Positions 1 to 7,598 of a stretch of DNA of 25,250 nucleotides are shown one piece after another. The notes beneath the pieces were generated by a model, which searched no databases, was not told where the DNA came from, and saw only the letters and a program-made list of their open reading frames with translations. How positions within the stretch are numbered: the first letter of the stretch is position 1; every line of letters begins with the position of its first letter. The DNA is from Burkholderiales bacterium (GTDB taxonomy: Bacteria > Pseudomonadota > Gammaproteobacteria > Burkholderiales > SG8-39): positions 1-25,250 of the forward strand of contig JBJMWH010000253.1 of the NCBI GenBank assembly GCA_045810245.1, read 5' to 3'. Position numbers and translations under genes: made by a program.

Positions 1-801
1 GTCGTGGCGTGCACTGGCGACGGGAGCTTCGTGCGGACCGGCGACGCCGAGGGCTTCACGCTCGACCGTGCGGCAGAGGACGAGCCGCCGGTCGCGCTGC
101 ACTTGGCGCTCGAGGCGGCGCGCGCCGCCGGGCGTCTGCCGCAGCGCCTCCTGCTGCGCGCCGTATCCGGCGCGGCGCTGCCAAACGCGCAGGGCTGGGC
201 CGCCGCCCTGGAGCTGCCGGTGGAGCGCGGTGCGGCCTGGCGCTGGTCCCAGGCGCGGGAGCGCCCGCGCTTCGAGCTCCTGCAGGGCGAATTCGCGCCG
301 CGCGGCACGGGCGGCGCCTGGCGCGAGGCGCTGCGGCGGCCCGCAGTCCTGGCTGCGGCGCTGGTCGCTCTGATGAGCGTGGCCATCGCCGCAGACTGGG
401 CGCTGAAGTCGGCCGAGCGCAACCGGCTGCAGGAAGAGATGCGCGCGCTCTATCGTCAGAGCTTCGGCGAAACCGCCGTGCTGGTCGATCCACCCCTGCA
501 GATGAGCCGGGCGCTCACGGAGCTGCGCGTGGCGGCGGGCCAGGGCAGCGCGTCGGATTTCGTTGCGCTCGTCAACGCCGTGGCGGATTCCATGCCCGAG
601 CCGGGCGCGCAACGCGTCGAGGCGATCGACTACGAGAACGGACGGCTCTCGCTCTCGCTTCGTGCGCGCGAGCCGAGCAAAGCCGCGGCGCTCGCAGCGC
701 AGCTGCGCGCCAGGGCGAGCGCCCCCGGCCTGGAGATTCGCGTCGATGAGGGCGCCGGCGGCGCCCTGCGGCTGATCGCCGCCGTGCCGGGGTCGAGATG
801 A
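1..801 (+). CDS. gspL: Type II secretion system protein L (5'-truncated by the window)
   Basis: Open frame from base 1. Contains an LLQGEFAP motif, then one TM helix (AVLAAALVALMSVAIAADWAL), then a periplasmic region with LYRQSF...DPPLQM. Overlaps the gspM-like ORF (ATGA). Confidence 0.85.
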   Translation, partial: VVACTGDGSFVRTGDAEGFTLDRAAEDEPPVALHLALEAARAAGRLPQRLLLRAVSGAALPNAQGWAAALELPVERGAAWRWSQARERPRFELLQGEFAPRGTGGAWREALRRPAVLAAALVALMSVAIAADWALKSAERNRLQEEMRALYRQSFGETAVLVDPPLQMSRALTELRVAAGQGSASDFVALVNAVADSMPEPGAQRVEAIDYENGRLSLSLRAREPSKAAALAAQLRARASAPGLEIRVDEGAGGALRLIAAVPGSR

Positions 802-1307
802 ATCCGAAGCGCCTGCGCGAATTGTGGAGCGAGCGAGCACCGCGTGAGCGCACGCTGCTCGCCAGCGGCGCCCTCGCCGTCGCGTTAGTGGCGTTGTACG
901 TCTTCTTGTGGCAGCCGGGTCTCGCGGCCAGTCAGCGGCTCGGGGCTACGCTGCCGAAACTGCGGGCCCAGGTGGAGCTCATGCGCGCGCAGCAGTCCGA
1001 GATCGCAGCGCTGCGCAAGAGCACGGGCACTGGCGCGCAGGGCGGCGACTTGAGAATAGTGCTGCAGTCGTCGGTGGCCCGCGCGCCTTTCGGCAAGTCG
1101 GTGCAGCGGATCGATGCCGCTTCGGGCGATCGTGCCACCGTGCTGGTCGCGTCCGCCGACTTCGACGAGTGGCTGCGCTGGGTCGCCGAAGCGCAGCGAG
1201 AAGCCGGTGCGCGCCTGGAAAGGTGCCGCATCAGCGCGCTGGACACGCCGGGCCTCGTGCGCGCCGAGGCGACCTTTGCCGCCCTCGGGGCGGCCGCCAA
1301 GCGATGA
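798..1307 (+). CDS. gspM: Type II secretion system protein M
   Basis: 169 aa. N-terminal W..RAPRER.LL, a single TM helix, LWQP, a coiled coil and a C-terminal FDEWLRWVAE. ATGA overlaps at both ends. Confidence 0.85.
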   Translation: MNPKRLRELWSERAPRERTLLASGALAVALVALYVFLWQPGLAASQRLGATLPKLRAQVELMRAQQSEIAALRKSTGTGAQGGDLRIVLQSSVARAPFGKSVQRIDAASGDRATVLVASADFDEWLRWVAEAQREAGARLERCRISALDTPGLVRAEATFAALGAAAKR

Positions 1308-2059
1308 CCGCTCGCCGGCTCGTTCTGTATGCGGCGTGGGGGTTGATTGCGTACGTCGTCATCTTCCTGGCGCTTGCGCCGGCCGCTTGGCTCGCGCAGA
1401 GCGTCGAGCGGGCATCGCAGCAGCGCGTCGAGCTGCGCGACGCGGCGGGTTCGGCCTGGTCGGGCAGCGGGCGGCTCTATGCGCATTTGCGCGGCGGCGA
1501 ATTCCTGGACCTCGGCTCGGTGCGCTGGAGGAGTGCGCCTGCGGCGCTGCTACGCGGCAAGCTCGCTGCCGACATGACGCTCAACGAGAGCCCGAAGCCG
1601 ATCCGGGTCGAGCTCTCGCCCGGCGCCGTGGCGCTGAAGGACTTCACGCTCGAGGTGCCTGGAAAGGCGCTCGGGACGCTCGCGCCGCCGCTCGAGATCC
1701 TCGGTCCCGGCGGACGCGTGCGCATCCAGTCCGACGATCTGCGCCTGGAGGGCGACGCGGTCCTCGGCCTTGCGACGATCGAGTGGCGCGACATCCGCCT
1801 GGCGCGCGCTTCCGGCGTCGAGCTCGGCTCTCAGGTCGCCCGGCTGCGCGGCGCCGGGAGCCGCGTCGACATCGAGCTCGGCACGCTCGACGGGCCGCTG
1901 CGCGTCGCGGGCGGCGGCACCTGGTCGCCGCGCGGCGGGCTCGTGCTCTCGGGCACCGCCGAGCCGCGGCCCGAAGCCGCCGCAACGCTGGTGCCGTTCC
2001 TGCGCGGGGTGTGCCCCGAGTTCCGCGACCAGCGCTGCATCTTCCAGATCAAGTACTAA
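1304..2059 (+). CDS. gspN: Type II secretion system protein N
   Basis: ATG at 1304 overlaps the gspM stop. 251 aa with an N-terminal TM anchor (LALAPAAWL), a GSAWSGSG motif and a LGSVRW motif. Follows gspL-M. Confidence 0.8.
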   Translation: MTARRLVLYAAWGLIAYVVIFLALAPAAWLAQSVERASQQRVELRDAAGSAWSGSGRLYAHLRGGEFLDLGSVRWRSAPAALLRGKLAADMTLNESPKPIRVELSPGAVALKDFTLEVPGKALGTLAPPLEILGPGGRVRIQSDDLRLEGDAVLGLATIEWRDIRLARASGVELGSQVARLRGAGSRVDIELGTLDGPLRVAGGGTWSPRGGLVLSGTAEPRPEAAATLVPFLRGVCPEFRDQRCIFQIKY

Positions 2060-2092
2060 AAAAATCGGGGCCAGCTTGCGCTGGCCCCGATT
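2058..2092 (-). terminator. Rho-independent terminator for the minus-strand small-protein operon
   Basis: Perfect 13-bp stem (2063-2075 / 2080-2092) with a GCAA tetraloop on the minus strand, followed by a U tract (plus-strand A run at 2058-2064). Confidence 0.85.
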
Positions 2093-2194
2093 GGATAATG
2101 CTCGCCGGCCGGGCTCCCCTAGCCCGAGGAGGAGGAGGAGGCTTCGGATTCGCCCGGACGGCGAGGCAAGCCTTGAGGACGGCGAGCCAAGCCT
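2058..2194 (-). ncRNA. Putative structured 3'-UTR or 3'-derived sRNA with a CCUCCUCCUCCUCCUC loop
   Basis: A 13/14-bp stem encloses an inner AGCC/GGCU stem whose loop is UCCUCCUCCUCCUCG. It lies between the small-ORF stop and the terminator. Confidence 0.4.
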
Positions 2195-2377
2195 TTAAGC
2201 AGCTTGGATTGTTCTGCTGAACGCCCTTCGCGCGCGCGTCAATCCTTTGACGGCTGCATCGATGCGCAGTTCCCAGCGTTCCGCCGCCGCGATGTCAGCG
2301 GCGTAGCGGGAGCGCACGGAAGCCGGCAGTGAAGCGAGGGCACTCTTCCAGAAAGGAGTCATGATTTCGTTACGCAT
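2195..2377 (-). CDS. Small hypothetical protein (60 aa, MRNEIMTPFWKSALASLP...)
   Basis: ATG overlaps the upstream ORF stop (ATGCGTAA). SD-like AAGGTGGT lies 5 nt upstream. Helical, protein-like composition. Alternative start at 2362. Confidence 0.65.
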   Translation of the reverse strand: MRNEIMTPFWKSALASLPASVRSRYAADIAAAERWELRIDAAVKGLTRARRAFSRTIQAA

Positions 2378-2540
2378 GGCGTACCACCTTTGCAATAAGG
2401 GCCGAGCGCACACGCTCATACAGCGAGCTGACGAGCGAGCGGAAAAGCGCCGCGACGTGCATGGAGCGCTCGCGCCGGGCGCGCTTTTCCAGCGCGTACA
2501 ATTCCTCGGCCGTGGGGAGTTGGAACAGGGCCTTTTTCAT
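2370..2540 (-). CDS. Small basic helical protein (56 aa), resembling RSP_7527-type small proteins
   Basis: MKKALFQLPTAEELYALEKRARRERSMHVAALF... The ALExRARxxR...AALF pattern recalls RSP_7527-type proteins (from memory, not searched). Divergent from the LysR, with the ATG 7 nt after a -10 box. Confidence 0.65.
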   Translation of the reverse strand: MKKALFQLPTAEELYALEKRARRERSMHVAALFRSLVSSLYERVRSALIAKVVRHA

Positions 2541-2547
2541 GCACTGG

Positions 2548-2576
2548 AAGATAAGGCCGCCGCCGGCAACAAACAA
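2548..2576 (-). promoter_or_regulatory. Sigma70-type promoter TTGTTT-N17-TATCTT for the small-protein operon
   Basis: Minus strand: TTGTTT (2576-2571), 17-nt spacer, TATCTT (2553-2548), 7 nt, then ATG (2540). No SD sequence. Confidence 0.6.
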
Positions 2577-2598
2577 ACGATCGTTCTTCAACTCAGGC

Positions 2599-2613
2599 AT
2601 AAGAAAAACTCAT
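2599..2613. promoter_or_regulatory. LysR recognition site (T-N11-A), ATAAG-N5-CTCAT
   Basis: Imperfect palindrome containing T2600-N11-A2612, centred about 66 bp upstream of the inferred start at 2540. LTTR recognition sites typically centre near -65. Confidence 0.65.
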
Positions 2614-2620
2614 CCATAGC

Positions 2621-3562
2621 GTGATTTATCGCCTACCGCCCCTGAATGCATTACGCGTGTTCGAGGCCGCCGCGCGCCATCTGTCGTTCAAGGAGGCGGC
2701 GAACGAGCTCTCGATCACGCAGGCGGCGGTGAGCCACCAGATCAAGAGCCTGGAGGAATATCTCGGCGTGGAGTTGTTCCGCCGCGCCGGCCGGCGCGTA
2801 CAGCTGACCGAGGCGGCGCGCGCCTGTCTGCCGCGGCTGCGCGAGGGCTTCGATTCGCTCGCCGCGGCTGTGGAGATGATCCGCGAGCGCGCCGCCGAAG
2901 CCGACCTTCTCATCACCGCGCCGCCGGTGTTCACGGCGCGCTGGCTGATGCCGCGGCTCGCCGCCTTCGCCAAGCGCGAGCCGAAGATCGAGCTGCGCGT
3001 GTTCGCTTCCAGCAAGATGGTCGACGCCGGCGCGCTCGATTCACCGACGCTGGTGAGCGGGCTCGACCTGCGCGAGGACGCTTCGGGTGTCGAGATCCAC
3101 CTCGGCAGCGGCCACTACCCGGGCTATCGCGCCGACCGTCTCTTCGGCGTTTCGATGACCGCAGTGGCCAGCCCGGAGCTGGTGAAGGGCACTCCGCCGC
3201 TGCGCGAGCCCGCCGACCTCGCGCACCACGTTCTCCTGCACGACGACGCCATGGAGCTCGTCGCCGGTGGCAACGCCTGGCAGCGCTGGCTCGAGAACGC
3301 GGGTGTCGGGGAGCGGGTCGACGCGAGCCGCGGGCCGCGCTTTTCCTCCAACATCCTTTCGCTCGAGGCGGCCTCGCAGAAGCTCGGCGTGGCGCTCGCG
3401 CTCAAGCCCCTGGTCGATGCGGACCTCGCGTCAAACAGGCTATGCGCGCCGTTCGGCATCGAAATGAAGCCCCAATCGGCCTATTACCTCGTCTGCCCCG
3501 AGGTCATTGCCGAACGGCCTGCGGTGAGCGCGTTCAGGAAGTGGCTGCTCGAGCAGGTATAA
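2621..3562 (+). CDS. LysR-family transcriptional regulator, GcvA/TrpI/AmpR-like
   Basis: 313 aa. Contains [57 protein letters not shown] and W..WL, typical of the GcvA subgroup. Confidence 0.93.
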   Translation: MIYRLPPLNALRVFEAAARHLSFKEAANELSITQAAVSHQIKSLEEYLGVELFRRAGRRVQLTEAARACLPRLREGFDSLAAAVEMIRERAAEADLLITAPPVFTARWLMPRLAAFAKREPKIELRVFASSKMVDAGALDSPTLVSGLDLREDASGVEIHLGSGHYPGYRADRLFGVSMTAVASPELVKGTPPLREPADLAHHVLLHDDAMELVAGGNAWQRWLENAGVGERVDASRGPRFSSNILSLEAASQKLGVALALKPLVDADLASNRLCAPFGIEMKPQSAYYLVCPEVIAERPAVSAFRKWLLEQV

Positions 3563-3642
3563 TCAGGGTCCCCCCGAGGTTCCGGACCCCGAAGTTCAAC
3601 AGCTGCAGTCCAATGCGCTCCCCGGGAGCGCCAGAGGTTATT

Positions 3643-3915
3643 TTGGCCAAGGAAGAAATGCTGGAAATGGACGGCACCGTCCAGGAAGTGCTGCCGAACA
3701 CGCAATTTCGCGTCGAGCTCGAGAACGGCGCGAGCGTGCTCGCCTACGCCGGCGGACGCGTGCGCCAGCATCGCATCCGCATCCTCGCCGGCGATCGCGT
3801 GCGGCTCGAGATCTCGCCTTACGACATCACCCGCGGGCGCATCAACTACCGGCACAAGGACGAGCGTGCGCCGGTGTACAACCCGCAGCGCAAGCCGGTT
3901 TACAGGAAGAGGTAA
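3643..3915 (+). CDS. infA: Translation initiation factor IF-1 paralog with a basic C-terminal tail
   Basis: TTG start with GAGG 5 nt upstream gives [29 protein letters not shown]...[28 protein letters not shown], plus an extra tail (90 aa). Confidence 0.9.
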   Translation: MAKEEMLEMDGTVQEVLPNTQFRVELENGASVLAYAGGRVRQHRIRILAGDRVRLEISPYDITRGRINYRHKDERAPVYNPQRKPVYRKR

Positions 3916-3920
3916 GAAGC

Positions 3921-3940
3921 TCGGGCGCTGACCCGATTTT
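3921..3940. repeat. REP-like palindrome copy (TCGGGCGCTGACCCGATTTT)
   Basis: Matches the dispersed consensus AATCGGGGTCWGACCCCGATT. Lies just after the infA stop. Confidence 0.5.
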
Positions 3941-3991
3941 CCGTTTCAACTGCCATAAACGGCTGAAAACGGGCGTATTTCTTGCGTCGGG

Positions 3992-4020
3992 CTTGATTCC
4001 GCTCCCGACCGCCGCCACTT
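3992..4020 (+). promoter_or_regulatory. Possible RpoH (sigma32)-type promoter of hsp20-lon
   Basis: CTTGAT-N15-CGCCACTT versus the consensus CTTGAA-N13-17-CCCCATNT. Ends 7 nt before the hsp20 GTG. Confidence 0.35.
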
Positions 4021-4027
4021 ACCGCCC

Positions 4028-4441
4028 GTGAGATCCCGAGATTTTTCCAGTTGGATGTGGGGCGAGGCGCTCTCGCTCCTCGAACAGGCCGATCGCCTGC
4101 AGCGCCAGTTCTTCCGCGTCGCCGGAGCGGAATCCGCGCACACATGGGAGCCGCCGGTCGACGTCGTCGAGTCCGCCGATCGGCTCGACGTGCATATCGC
4201 GCTGCCCGGCGTTTCGGCGGAGTCGATCACGATCGCGCTCGAGCCCGGCGCGGTCGTAGTGTCGGCGCTGCGGCCATTCCCGTGCCGCGAGACCGGTTCT
4301 CACATCCACCGCCTCGAGATCCCGTACGGGCGCTTCGAGCGGCGCCTCGCATTGCCTCCTCAGGTCCCGATCGAGCTTGCGGCCAAGCAACTCGCCGACG
4401 GCGTGCTCACCCTCTCGTTCCGCAGGAAGGAAGGCGCATGA
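4028..4441 (+). CDS. Hsp20/alpha-crystallin small heat-shock protein
   Basis: 137 aa with WEPPVDVVE, IALPGV, RLEIPYGRFERRLALP and DGVLTLSF. ATGA overlap with lon. Confidence 0.92.
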   Translation: MRSRDFSSWMWGEALSLLEQADRLQRQFFRVAGAESAHTWEPPVDVVESADRLDVHIALPGVSAESITIALEPGAVVVSALRPFPCRETGSHIHRLEIPYGRFERRLALPPQVPIELAAKQLADGVLTLSFRRKEGA

Positions 4442-6858
4442 ACACCAAAGTGCTCTCCAACGAAAACCAGGACCGGCCGAGCGCCGCGGGCGCGGCGGCC
4501 GGGAGCGCAATGGCGTCGAAGCCTCTGCCTGCGGACGCGCTCATCGTGATTCCGATGCGCAACACCGTGCTCTTTCCGGGCGTGATTACTCCCATTACCG
4601 TCGGGCGCGCGAGCTCGGTCGCGGCCGCGCAGGAGGCGGTGCGCAGCGAACGCAAGGTCGGCTTCGTCCTCCAACGCGACCCGCAGCGCAACGACGTCCG
4701 GCCCGAGGACCTCTACTGGGTGGGCACCGCCGGGCAGGTGGTGCGCTACATCACAGGCGCCGAAGGCACGCACCACCTGGTGGTGCAAGGCCTCTCGCGC
4801 TTCCGCGTGCTCGAATTTCTCGAGGGCTGGCCGTTCATGGTGGCGCGGGTCGAGATGGTCAAGCAGGACGAGAGCACCTCGTCCGAGATCGAGGCGCGCC
4901 TTCTCCAGCTCAAGCAGCAGGCGGTCGAGGCAATCCAGCTCCTGCCGAACGCGCCCGAGGAGCTCGCGGTCGTGGTGCAGCAGGTGAGCTCGCCGGGACT
5001 GCTTTGCGACATGGTCGCGAACCTCCTCGACGTGAAGAACGAGGACAAGCAGGACCTGCTCGAGACCTTCGACCTGAAGCGGCGACTCGACAAGGTGCTC
5101 GAGCTCCTGTCCGAGCGGGTCGGGGTGCTGCGCATCTCCAAGGAGATCGGCGAGAAGACCAAGAAGCAGTTCGACGAGCGGCAAAGGGAGCACGTGCTGC
5201 GCGAGCAGATGCGCCAGATCCAGAAGGAGCTCGGCGAAGGCGACGATACCGCCGCCGAGATCGAGGAGCTGAAGACAGCGATCGACGCCGCCGGCATGCC
5301 GGAGGACGTCCACAAGCACGCCGTCAAGGAGTTGAAGCGCCTGCAGCGCATGGGTGAGGGCAGCGCCGAGGGCTCGATGCTGCGCACCTACCTCGAGTGG
5401 CTTGCGGAATTGCCCTGGAAGAACGAAGAAGCGAAGCCCATCGACATCTCCGAAGCCCGCAAGGTCCTCGATGAAGACCACTTCGGGCTGGATAAGATCA
5501 AGCGCCGCATCCTCGAGCATCTCGCGGTGAGGAAGCTGAACCCCTCGGGCAGAAGCCCGATCCTGTGCTTCGTCGGCCCTCCCGGCGTGGGCAAGACTTC
5601 GCTCGGCCAGTCGATCGCACGCGCGACCGGGCGCAAGTTCCAGCGCATCGCACTCGGCGGCGTGCACGACGAGGCCGAAATCCGCGGGCACCGGCGCACC
5701 TACATCGGCGCGCTGCCAGGCAGCGTGATCCAGGCCATCCGCCGCGCCGAGTCGAAGAACACGGTGTTGATGTTCGACGAGATCGACAAGCTTGGGCAGG
5801 GCGGCTTCCACGGCGACCCCTCCAGCGCCTTGCTCGAAGTACTGGACCCGGAGCAGAACTCGCACTTCCGCGACAATTACCTGGCGGTGGACTTCGACCT
5901 TTCGAAGGTCATGTTCATCACCACCGCAAACGTGCTCGACACCATCCCGGGTCCGCTGCGCGACCGCATGGAAATCATCCAGCTGCCGGGCTACACCGAA
6001 GAGGAAAAGCTCGAGATCGCGAAGCGCTATCTCGTGAGGCGGCAGATTGAGGCCAACGGCCTGAAGAGCGCGGATCCGGCGGTCGAGAACGTGAAGATCA
6101 CGGACCAAGCGCTGCGTTCCATCATCCAGGACTACACGCGCGAGGCGGGTGTGCGCAATCTCGAGCGCGACATCGGCGCCGTGCTCAGGTCCGCAGCCAT
6201 GAAGATGGCAGAAGGTTTTTCAGGCAAGCTGGAAATCCAATCCGAGGATTTGCATGCGGTTCTCGGCCCGCGGCGCTTCGAGAACGAGGTGGCGCAACGC
6301 ACCGCCGTGCCCGGCGTGGCGACCGGACTCGCCTGGACGCCGGTCGGGGGCGACATCCTGTTCATCGAGGCCTCCAAGGTGCCCGGCAGCGGGAAGCTGA
6401 TCCTCACCGGCCAGCTCGGCGAGGTCATGAAGGAGTCGGCGACCGCGGCGCTCACGCTTGTCCGCAATTTCCTGGACGACCCGTTCGACAAGACCGATGT
6501 GCATATCCACGTTCCGGCGGGCGCGACGCCCAAGGACGGTCCGAGCGCCGGCGTGGCGATGTTTCTCGCCCTGGTATCGCTCCTCACCGGCGTCCCCGTG
6601 CGCTCGGACGTGGCGATGACCGGTGAAATCTCGCTCCGCGGCCTCGTGCTTCCGATCGGCGGCGTGAAAGAGAAGACCCTTGCGGCGCTGCGCGCAGGTA
6701 TCCGCACGGTCATGCTGCCCAAGCGCAACGAAAAAGACCTTGAGGATGTGCCGGCGGAGGCGCGCAAGAAGCTCGAGTTCGTGCTCCTCGAGCGCGTCGA
6801 GGACGCCGTAAAAACAGCGATCGGCGAGCTGCCGCGGGTCGAGCGCCGCGCGGCGTAG
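4438..6858 (+). CDS. lon: ATP-dependent protease La (Lon)
   Basis: 806 aa from ATG 4438. N-terminal [10 protein letters not shown], Walker [10 protein letters not shown], Walker B FDEIDK, catalytic Ser in PKDGPSAG and Lys in IGGVKEK. Confidence 0.97.
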   Translation: MNTKVLSNENQDRPSAAGAAAGSAMASKPLPADALIVIPMRNTVLFPGVITPITVGRASSVAAAQEAVRSERKVGFVLQRDPQRNDVRPEDLYWVGTAGQVVRYITGAEGTHHLVVQGLSRFRVLEFLEGWPFMVARVEMVKQDESTSSEIEARLLQLKQQAVEAIQLLPNAPEELAVVVQQVSSPGLLCDMVANLLDVKNEDKQDLLETFDLKRRLDKVLELLSERVGVLRISKEIGEKTKKQFDERQREHVLREQMRQIQKELGEGDDTAAEIEELKTAIDAAGMPEDVHKHAVKELKRLQRMGEGSAEGSMLRTYLEWLAELPWKNEEAKPIDISEARKVLDEDHFGLDKIKRRILEHLAVRKLNPSGRSPILCFVGPPGVGKTSLGQSIARATGRKFQRIALGGVHDEAEIRGHRRTYIGALPGSVIQAIRRAESKNTVLMFDEIDKLGQGGFHGDPSSALLEVLDPEQNSHFRDNYLAVDFDLSKVMFITTANVLDTIPGPLRDRMEIIQLPGYTEEEKLEIAKRYLVRRQIEANGLKSADPAVENVKITDQALRSIIQDYTREAGVRNLERDIGAVLRSAAMKMAEGFSGKLEIQSEDLHAVLGPRRFENEVAQRTAVPGVATGLAWTPVGGDILFIEASKVPGSGKLILTGQLGEVMKESATAALTLVRNFLDDPFDKTDVHIHVPAGATPKDGPSAGVAMFLALVSLLTGVPVRSDVAMTGEISLRGLVLPIGGVKEKTLAALRAGIRTVMLPKRNEKDLEDVPAEARKKLEFVLLERVEDAVKTAIGELPRVERRAA

Positions 6859-6899
6859 CCGGGGGCCAGCCCCGGGTTCTTCAGCCGGTTTTCACCGGC
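6859..6899 (+). terminator. Two GC hairpins after lon, a possible weak terminator
   Basis: CCGGGG/CCCCGG stem (6859-6875) followed by GTTCTTC, then a GCCGGT-TTTC-ACCGGC hairpin (6884-6899). Confidence 0.35.
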
Positions 6900-7322
6900 C
6901 GGGTCTGAATCCGATTTTCGACAGTGTCGAGCAGGCGGATGACGGCCCGCTTTCTCGCTTCCCGCGGGGAGAGCAGCCACTGGCCGGCCTGGGAGACATG
7001 GATCCAGAGCGGCGGACTGCGGAAGCCACGGCCATCCAGCGACCGGTCCTTCGAAACCTTGGCCATTCGCAAAGAAGCGTACGCGAACCGCGGCGAGAAA
7101 TCATCTCGCGCCGCGGCATCGATTCAAGTCCTTGCTCCTGCTCGTGTTTCGGCGGCGCCAGCGATGTCAGGCGAGCCCGATGCCTGTCACTCGCCGCGGC
7201 GACGCGGTGTCGACGCCGGTCCGCATTCGATTCCACCGATCGCGACAGGATAAAGGCGCGCTCGGCGATAGTGTCGTGCGCCGTCCCGATCGACAATGCT
7301 GGCGGCGAGAACTTGCAGGTAG

Positions 7323-7357
7323 AAAAAAAGAGGGCACGACCGCTAGTCGTGCCCTCT
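7323..7357 (-). terminator. Rho-independent terminator (minus strand)
   Basis: Perfect 12-bp stem AGAGGGCACGAC / GTCGTGCCCTCT (7329-7340 / 7346-7357) with a 5-nt loop, followed by a U run (plus-strand A run at 7323-7329). Confidence 0.88.
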
Positions 7358-7490
7358 CGTGAAGCTCAAGCGGCGATCAAACTGCGACTACACCTTGTTT
7401 GGCCCTACCGTGGACCGGTCCCTCGGACTGCCTCGTGGATCGGTCTCTCGTGCCGGGGCTGATAACAGCGTGCTGGCCACCCGTTCGTCG
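7323..7490 (-). ncRNA. Putative small RNA or long structured 3'-UTR with repeated short hairpins
   Basis: No convincing ORF. Consecutive short stems have purine-rich loops and recurring CACGAG motifs, ending in a strong terminator. The 5' end is uncertain. Confidence 0.35.
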
Positions 7491-7514
7491 CTGTGTAGAC
7501 TGCGATCTACACAG
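7491..7514. promoter_or_regulatory. Perfect palindrome CTGTGTAGA-N6-TCTACACAG, a candidate response-regulator site
   Basis: 9-bp arms with a 6-nt spacer. The core TGTAGA-N6-TCTACA has the geometry of the GacA box TGTAAG-N6-CTTACA. Confidence 0.45.
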
Positions 7515-7560
7515 GTAGGGATCATGCGTCATTTCGATCCTACACGTCTATAAGCAGGCA

Positions 7561-7576
7561 TAGTCCGGTCGGACTA
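7561..7576. promoter_or_regulatory. Palindrome TAGTCC-N4-GGACTA, a candidate operator
   Basis: Perfect 6-4-6 inverted repeat in intergenic DNA. Confidence 0.35.
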
Positions 7577-7598
7577 GGACGGCGGCGCCGAGCGGCTG

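Noticed and set aside
2541-2600. Upstream start at 2600 for the first small ORF (MPELKNDR...)
   Set aside because: It would run through the predicted promoter and the LysR box. ATG 2540 fits the -10 spacing.
3442-3642. Longer IF-1 starts (3442, 3613) or the in-frame ATT at 3640
   Set aside because: TTG 3643 with GAGG restores the canonical MAKEE N-terminus.
6998-7462. 154-aa plus-strand ORF preceded by GGGAGA (and the overlapping 6924-7253 ORF)
   Set aside because: No recognisable motifs, Arg/Ser/Cys-rich, runs through the 7323-7357 hairpin, and has no evident promoter.
7387-7532. Short minus-strand ORFs of 45-51 aa within the putative sRNA region
   Set aside because: No SD, non-protein-like composition, and they overlap palindromes; a non-coding role fits better.
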